Source: Ruditapes philippinarum (Eukaryota). From it: a stretch of 64,000 bases of DNA. A program made the position numbers and the translations under genes. The notes below the pieces were generated by a model. That model was not told where the DNA came from and searched no databases. It was given only the letters and a program-made list of their open reading frames with translations. Below, in pieces: positions 42,901 through 51,900 of the stretch. Where the stretch lies: the NCBI RefSeq assembly GCF_026571515.1, contig NW_026866456.1:248001-312000 (forward strand). The letters are read 5' to 3'. Numbering within the stretch: position 1 is the first letter of the stretch; each line of letters begins with the position of its first letter.

Positions 42901-45900
42901 AAATGTAGGTCATAATTTGTTTAACAAGTTGTAAATATAGAAAAAATTAAGGTAATAATTTAGTAAATATATTTTATTTATATAAATTGTTATTGGTGCT
43001 AATTTAGATAACAATTTTATTAATGTTTTATATATAGAATCAGACAAACAATTGAATGTGTAATATTCATCGCTATTCTTGTCTCGATGTTTCACCGCCA
43101 ATAAACATAAAACATGTGGTAAAAAATGGATTTATGTGATTACATTATGAATAAGTAAATAAGTTATTTAAACAACATACATTTACATCAAAGCATTCTG
43201 TTTTGATTATAGTTGCTGTTTTGAAATAGAAAAAAGTATGTGCTTCTTTCATATTAGTATATCATAAATCATGTGTAAATAATGTTACGCGGAACTTTTT
43301 TTTTTTTTTCATGCTAACCATCCCCTCCGTCCATTTGCCAATCTTACTGTAATTGTCACAGTGAACTGCAGCTCTCAACTGGTTGTGATAATTTTCCAAG
43401 CTGGTAAAAACCCATAATATTCTAAATTCCGGGAGCAAGCTTACGATTAGTAAAAATTTTATTTCCTACCTTGATCTAAAAATAGATTTTTGATTGCATA
43501 TAAGGTAGACAACTTTTGTGTCCTTATTTGAAAAACATTACATACCTGAATGATTTCCCTTGTGGTAGTTAAAAAAATCAATGGAATTGCTTGTAAATCG
43601 AATTCTGTGTAGTCGAGATTTAATTACTAAAGTCCCTTAGGTATAAGAATAAAATTAATGAATAAATGTGTGAAGACTAAGAAATTTTATACAAGTGTTA
43701 TTATGATATTTAAGTGAAAAAATTCTTTACACTTCCTTAACCTTTTAAAAAAAAAAACTTGAAATATACATGTTTAAACTGCATGTATATTAAATTAGCT
43801 TAAAGGGTAATGGATTTTCATTGGTCAGATGGTCAGAGTACATACTGTGTCAGACTTATCAAATACCTGAGATGGTAGTTTAAGCCCAGAGAAATTCTTG
43901 AAAACCTCGGACCTTGGTCTCCAAAGAAATATTTTGAACATATTAAGAAAGAAGTGGCATTGAGTCAGCCACTCCTGAATCATAACTCATATTTTCATTG
44001 GCTATTGTGACTTCCTGCTACTATAACACATGATTGTAATATATGTGATACAGAATCTATAGTAGTATGTCCAAATATGGTAATGGTAGTAGGCATAGCT
44101 TTAAAAAAAAGAAAGAAAAAAACATTTTACTTGGCTATCTTAACATTGTTGGGTCATGTGTAACAGATTGCCAAAAGTTAAAACACATTATCCATGTAAA
44201 CCTTAAACTTGCTTGAGAGAAAAGTGATTTGCCTTTGCCATCAGTATATAGCCTGGCCAGCCAACATGCATGTGCAGTCAGACCAGGGTTTGTACCATAT
44301 TGCTAGCTTAATTTGATGTAACATTATTTAAATGTGTAAAGACTGTTTGAAATTCAGAAGGACAAATCCATTTCACAAATTCAGTAAATTTAGAGTTATA
44401 GCCCCTGACTTGAAGAGTTTATCTCAGAAGTAGGTTGAAACAGCTTAATGTATCAAGACGAGACAACACAGTTACCAGACAGAGGACTTGTTTAAGTTTG
44501 CAGATTTTGGCACTATTCCAATTCCTGCCCAGACATGCAGCCATTATTCTGTGAGAGTTTAGTACTTCAGGATTGAAGGCATCTATTATTATGTTAGAAT
44601 CGTCCTTAATTTTGTCTGTCCAGACTGTCTGAAAACGTAGACATACTGTTATATATTAATTTCTGTATCGTTTTTTTCTCTTATTTGATATAATAAATGT
44701 GATTGCTTTAATTTGACAGTATCAGACGCAGCATCACTCTGTGCGGCATCTTCTCCGTAATTTATAAAGGTGATACGTTTATAGACGTGTTTGTTTATTG
44801 AACCGTATCTAGACTTTATTAGACTGAAATACTTGATAAAAATTTATTGTACAAAACACTTGAAATATTTATATATATTCCAAGAGTCAGATTTATGAAA
44901 AAAAGAAAGAATGAAATTCCTTACAGAGGATCGAACCCTAGACCTTATGATCACAACATATACATTCAGGAATTTTGCTAAATAACTAAAAGGCTGTTGA
45001 AAGTGATTTGTATATTTTGCTCAAAACAAATAAGAACAATACAGACGGTACTAAAGCTTTAATAATGTCTGAAGTTACTTTTAGGCTGTTTTTCCCCCCA
45101 CAGTATCAAAGCTTCACATTTAACATGAAAACACTTAAAATAGAATACAATGTTTGTTTTTGATGTTATTAAAAAGCGTTTATAAAGCCTGCAAGATAGG
45201 AGTTTTGTTTTATTATGCTCCCCGAAAAAATTTCGGGGGAGCATATAGTCGCCGCCTTGTCCGTCCGTCCGTCCGGCCGTCCGTCCGTCCGTCCGTCCGT
45301 CCCCTTTTCTTGTCCGGGACATAACTTTGAAACAACAAGAGGTATCAACATGAAACTTTGTAGGTAGATAGATCTCATTAAGTAGGTGTGCAGTGCACAA
45401 GAACCGTAACTCTGCCTTGCCTAATTTTTGAATTATTCCCCTTTGTTTATTTTTACACTTTGAACTTTGTCCGGGACATAACTCTAAAAGTATAAGAGGT
45501 ATCAACATGAAACTTTGTAGGTAGATAGATCTCATTGAGTAGGTGTGCAGTGCACAAGAACCGTAACTCTGCCTTGCCTAATTTTTGAATTATTCCCCTT
45601 TGTTTATTTTACACTTTGAACTTTGTCCGGGACATAACTCTAAAAGTATAAGAGGTATCAACATGAAACTTTGTAGGTAGATAGATCTCATTGAGTAGAA
45701 GTGCAGTGCACAAGAACCGTAACTCTGCCTTGCCTAATTTTTGAATTATCCCCCTTTGTTTATTTTACACTTTGAAATTTGTCCGGGACATAACTCTAAA
45801 AGTATAAGAGGTATCAACATGAAACTTTGTAGGTAGATAGATCTCATTGAGTAGAAGTGCAGTGCACAAGAACCGTAACTCTGCCTTGCCTAATTTTTTA

Positions 45901-48900
45901 ATTATCCCCCTTTGTTTATTTTACACTTTGAACTTTGTCCGGGACATAACTCTTAAAGTATAAGAGGTATCAACATGAAACTTTGTAGGTAGATAGATCT
46001 CATTGAGTAGGTGTGCAGTGCACAAGAACCGTAACTCTGCCTTGCCTAATTTTTGAATTATCCCCCTTTGTTTATTTTACACTTTGAAATTTGTCCGGGA
46101 CATAACTCTAAAAGTATAAGAGGTATCAACATGAAACTTTGTAGGTAGATAGATCTCATTGAGTAGGTGTGCAGTGCACAAGAACCGTAACTCTGCCTTG
46201 TCTAATTTTTGAATTATCCCCCTTTGTTTATTTTACACTTTGAACTTTGTCCAGGACATAACTCTAAAAGTATAAGAGGTATCAACATGAAACTTTGTAG
46301 GTAGATAGATCTCATTGAGTAGGTGTGCAGTGAACAAGAACCTTAACTCTGCCTTGCCTAATTTTTGAATTATCCCCCTTTGTTTATTTTTACACTTTGA
46401 ACTTTGTCCGGGACATATTTCTTAATGTATAAGAGATATCAACATGAAACTTTGTAGGTAGATAGATCTCATTGAGTAAGTTTGCAGTGCACAAGAACTG
46501 TAACACTGTCTTGCCTACTTTGGAGTTATTGCCCTTTGTTCATTTTGACACTTTGAACTTTGTCTGGGACATTACTCTAAAATTATAAGAGATATTAACA
46601 TGAAACTTTGTAGATAGATAGGTCTCATTGGGTGGAAGTGCAGTGCTTAAGAATCATTACTCTGCCTTGCCTTATTTTGAAGTAATTGCCCTTTGTTTAT
46701 TTTTACTTTTTGACTTTTGTCCTGGACATTACTTTAAAACTATTAGAGATATCAACATGAAACTTTGTAGGTAGCTAGATGTAATTGGATAGAACTGCAA
46801 CGCTTCAAGAACCTAAACAAAGCCTGGTCTAATTTTGGAGTTATTGCCCTTTGTTCATTTTTTTTATACTTTCCTGTGTCCAGAACCTTCTCGGGGAGCA
46901 TCACCCGGTTCAACCGGTTCTTGTTTTGAAGTTCGTTTAATCAAATGAAGCTCTGGAAAAGTAAAAACCATCACTTCCATGATTGATTACTTTGCTAGTG
47001 CAGGAAGAATAATAAAAAAAAACCCTATCGTGCAATAAACATAGAAATATGTTTTGAATTCAGCTCCTTTAGATTTTTTCTCTGATTATTTATATAATGC
47101 AGTAGTGTGATAAATATATTTCCTTCTACAAATCTGATAATGTAGTGAAACATGATAAGGAGGTCCTTTTGAGTGGCAAAGATGATATAGAAAAGGTATC
47201 GGAGATTGTAACTAGCCGTTTTATGATGTAAACAAAGTAATAGACCTATTTTCTGGTTAAAAAACCAAACAAAAACAAAACAATCCAACAGGACTGTGTT
47301 ACTAAATTGATTTGTTGCAAGCTTCCTGTTTAAGGATAATAGGCAGACATTATGTTCATTTTCAGCTTCATCCGCCAGTATAATAAATTGGTATAATTTT
47401 GCCGGCTTAGTGAATGATATTGTTAATGATTTTATGATGATTTATGATTAGTATGGAAGATTATGATTAATGATAATTATAATATAATACTATAATCATT
47501 GAAATGAAGTTTGATAAAAATCAGGGATGTTGCGAGATTTATTACGTAATTTGATTATTACCGTCTGTTGCCATGTTTGCAGGTTTGAGCGGAATAGATA
47601 ATGTGAAAATTTGTTATTTTGGACACTTTTGTACTCTTTTCACTGTTATGCTGAATTAAAGAGTTATGTTGATGAAGTTAATGATGATAATGGTGTTGAT
47701 GATTGGTTATCACACTGTATGTGTTAATTATCACGATAACAAGGTTTGTGAAGGTAGTGTTGATGATGATGATGATAGGTGATGATAACAAGGTTTGTGT
47801 TGGTAGTGATGATGATGATGATGATGATGATGATAGGTGATGATAACAAGGTTTGTGTTGGTAGTGATGATGGATGATGATAGGTGATGATAACAAGGTT
47901 TGTGTTGGTAGTGATGATGATGATGATGATGATGATGATATGTGATGATAACAAGGTTTGTGTTGGTAGTGATGATGATGATGATAGGTGATGGTAACAA
48001 GGTTTGTGTTGGTAGTGATGATGATGATGATATGTGATGATAACAAGGTTTTTGTTAGTAGTGATGATAATGATGATGATGATGTTAACAAGGTTTGTGT
48101 TGGTAGTGATGATGATGATGATGATAGGTGATGATAACAAGGTTTGTGTTGATAGTGATGATGATGATAATGATGATGATGATATGTGATGATAACAAGG
48201 TTTGTGTTGGTAGTGATGATGATGATGATAGGTGATGGTTACAAGGCTTGTGTTGGTAGTGATGATGTTGATGATATGTGATGATAACAAGGTTTTTTTT
48301 TTGGTAGTGATGATAATGATGATGATGATGATGTTAACAAGGTTTGTGTTGGTAGTGATGATGATGATGATGATAGGTGATGATAACAAGGTTTGTGTTG
48401 GTAGTGATGATGATGATGATAGATGATGATAACAAGGTTTGTAACAAGGTTTGTGTTGGTATTGATGATGATGATGATGATGATGATAGGTGATGATAAC
48501 AAGGTTTGTGTTGGTAGTGATGATGATGATGATGTCAGATGATTCTTCAGCTGACAGAGTTTATAGTGGTAGTGATAATATATTTAAGTAGGGGGATTGA
48601 TTATGTTATAACACAATGAATTTGTTGCTGATGATTATGATACTACTTATGACACTTTTGATATATAAGATTGTGAAAATGGTGATTTAATTATTATAGA
48701 TTTTTATGTTCTTTTTCAGATCTGAGGAAAAGTTTGTCAGAAATGAGTGTGACTCCTAATGAGGCGGTTAAAACAAACGTACCAGAGGAAATTCAGGGGC
48801 TAGATTCCTCCAGTAGTAGCAGTGATAGCAGTAGTAGTGAAGGTGAAGATGATGACGATGATGATGACAGTAGTGTAGCTAATGATCATCATGATGAGGG

Positions 48901-51900
48901 CTTTGATATAGATGGAATAATGGAGACCGGGGAACACCCAGCAAATAGGTAAATAATTATATCAATGACGTTTTTATTTCAATGTTTCAAGAAGACTCTG
49001 TCATACAGATCTAAGAGAAGATAATTAATGTTACTCCGCTGAACCCGATACTCTGCTGTAATCATTACCTGTCGTTTCTGTTTTGAAAAAAAATTCTGCT
49101 TTGTATTTGGACATTTTAATTTCTTATTAAAGTTGAAGGAATTTCAGTATCAAAGTACTTCAAGTAAGCAACCGAAAGTTTCGAGTTTTTGTCATACTGC
49201 TTGAATTACAAGCCAACCTGTTTTGTTACCTGAGTGTCATACATCTCCTGTTAGAAATAAATAAAAAAGTAGCATTGCTTCAAAGTCAGGTCTCTGCATA
49301 TATTGCCAAGCATAGATTAGGTTTACTTCAGTGTAAAAATTTTTTTTCCTTTTTAAAATTATCTTCTTGTAGAGCAGATTTTGTCTTCGTTAAGATATAC
49401 TTTGTGTCAGAAAGAGTAAATTTATCAGAAGTACAAACTGAGAAATAAAAAGCCAATGATAAAATTGGAAGTAATTTACCGAAATGATATTTCCTACAGT
49501 AATTTTCTTTTGGACATCTTCCCATTAATTTCATTTTTAGAGAATTGAACAGGTCAGTTCAAAGATTTATTTTATACGCGCGTCTGCAGGATTCATATAT
49601 TTATGGCGATTTTATAATATTTTCTGCATTTCAATTGTAATGCTGATTAATCTCTTTTGTATCGTATATAACAGTCTAATATCCTACTTGTTCATTATGC
49701 TGATTTATGACGGAACTAAACTGTCTGTAGATGATAGTGCTTATTCCGCTGCCAAATTTCCATTTCAACAAGTCTCGTGAAAGTGAAAAACTCACTCGCT
49801 AACCGATAGATTTGTTTTAATTATCATGTTTTGCTCTCCAAGGCTGTTTAAAACAAATTTTCAGACTTCTGTATGGGATTTGTTTTAATTATCATGTTTT
49901 GCTCTCCAAGGCTGTTTAAAACAAATTTTCAGACTTTTGTATGGGAATATGCGAGTGTTTCTTCTTTTTTGTGTGTTAGGAAACCAGAGTAATGAATAAC
50001 AGAAACCGTTTTATAATTTTGTTATTTCCATTGATTAAGTCAGACACAAAGAAGATATTATATGTGCTCAACAGCAGTATTACAGCTGGCACTCAATTTA
50101 TTATGTTGTAACATTGTTACATAATATGCGACAGGTCTTATCTTTAAACAGTGATCACATAAAGTAGCCTCTTCAAATATTTGAAATGTTTTTCTTGAAA
50201 CGTCCCTTACCTCGTTGACTTTGAGTCATTGTATCCTTACAGCTATGGGTTTGAATCTCGCTATGAATTTTGGATTCTTTTAACTTTGGGTTCTTTTGAA
50301 CGATTTTTTTTAAACTTTGGATTCTTTTGGATTCTTTCAAACTTTGGATTCTTTCGATTCTTTCAAACTTTGGATTCTTTTGGATTCTTTCAAACTTTGG
50401 ATTCTTTTGGATTCTTTCAAACTTTGGATTCTTTCGATTCTTTCAAACTTTGGATTCTTTTGGATTCTTTCAAACTTTGGATTCTTTTGGATTCTTTCAA
50501 ACTTTGGATTCTTTCGGATTCTTTCAAACTTTGGATTTTTTCGGATTCTTTCAAATTTTGGATTCTTTCAAACTTTGGATTCTTTCTGATTCTTTCAAAC
50601 TTTGGATTCTTTTGGATTCTTTAGGATTCTTTCAAACTTTGGATTCTTTCAAACTTTGGATTCTTTAAGATGAGGAATTTACTAGTATTCAGATAGCTTT
50701 AACATGGTTGGAGTAACTCAGGTGCCCACTGGTGCCTGAAATAATGCATGGGGGCGGACCTATGATCTTCTTCCAAATGGAAAAGTAGCTGTATGATCTT
50801 TCTGAGACCTGATTATCTGTTAGGAAGTTTGTCAGTTATGTCTGTGTTGTAAGGAAAATGATCAGTATGTGCACAAGAGGTTCCATAATACTGCTGCCTT
50901 ATTGGTTTATGATGTATTGAATTACAAATTTATGATGGAAGTGAAAAGTTTATGATGAATTTCATGACAGCAACAATATCAATTTTCATTGTGACAGTTT
51001 GATAGGGATAACAATAGTTAATGATAGCAAAGATGATTGTAGCTTGTGCTGATCTTGTCTGATTTATTGTAAAGTAAGTAAGTAAGTAGATGTAGTAACT
51101 CGTTACTATGATAAGTATTATATCATTAATCATGTAATAATGTATTATGATAAGTGTCAGTTATACAGAAGTTTTTTGTTTGATATTTTTACAGCAGTGA
51201 GGCAGCAAAACCTACAGTCACTAGCAGCCAGAGTTCCAGTGAGAAAAGAAGACCGAATATAGCAGAAAAGGTGAGCAAAGTAGTTATAGATGATTCACTG
51301 AAAAACACTGTTAAGAAAAAGAATAGGACTGAATTTGGAAATCTTACTTACTTCATTGAGGTCAAAAGCCTAAAACATAAAATTTGGAAAAGTGACGGAC
51401 ATAAAATGGAAAAATAATAACTATAAAGAACTGTTTCATCTATCTTTCCTGAAAATGTAACTGATCAAAAAGTCTTTAAACAGATGGGCATAATGTCACT
51501 TTAAGTTGACTAAAGGTTAAAAATCCTTAACCATATTCCAAGAAAAGGAAACCTTGTTTTCAAGAAAAGAACTAATAGCATTTCATGAAGCCATGGTCAG
51601 ATGTGACATTTTGTCTAGTGGTTTTATCGCTTCAGCTAATGTAACATGATGTATATCTTGTATTTTACACAATGATCTAGTTTATGATAAAGTGCAAGAA
51701 GAAACATGTTTTAGATCTTATTTTCCCTGCTTTGTACGACCATTTTAAAACAAGATTTCCTTGTAAATAGCTTGACATTTAGCAGCTTCAGAGATTAAGA
51801 AACGGATGACATTTAAATAGGGAAATGCTTTACAGGATCCCCTGGTCTCTTGGTTATATATAAATATCAAGTCTCCGTGGCTTGAAAATGTAAAGCTATT

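Noticed and set aside
45059-45535. 158-aa minus-strand ORF
   Set aside because: Runs through HINE satellite and (GGAC)n; no Rep/helicase motifs
47678-48502. His/Ser/Ile-rich ORFs up to 221 aa with a repeat-spacer look
   Set aside because: Translations of (GAT)n; the spacers are only microsatellite length variants
50229-50668. Three overlapping Phe/Leu-rich ORFs
   Set aside because: Stop-free tandem repeat inside a SINE
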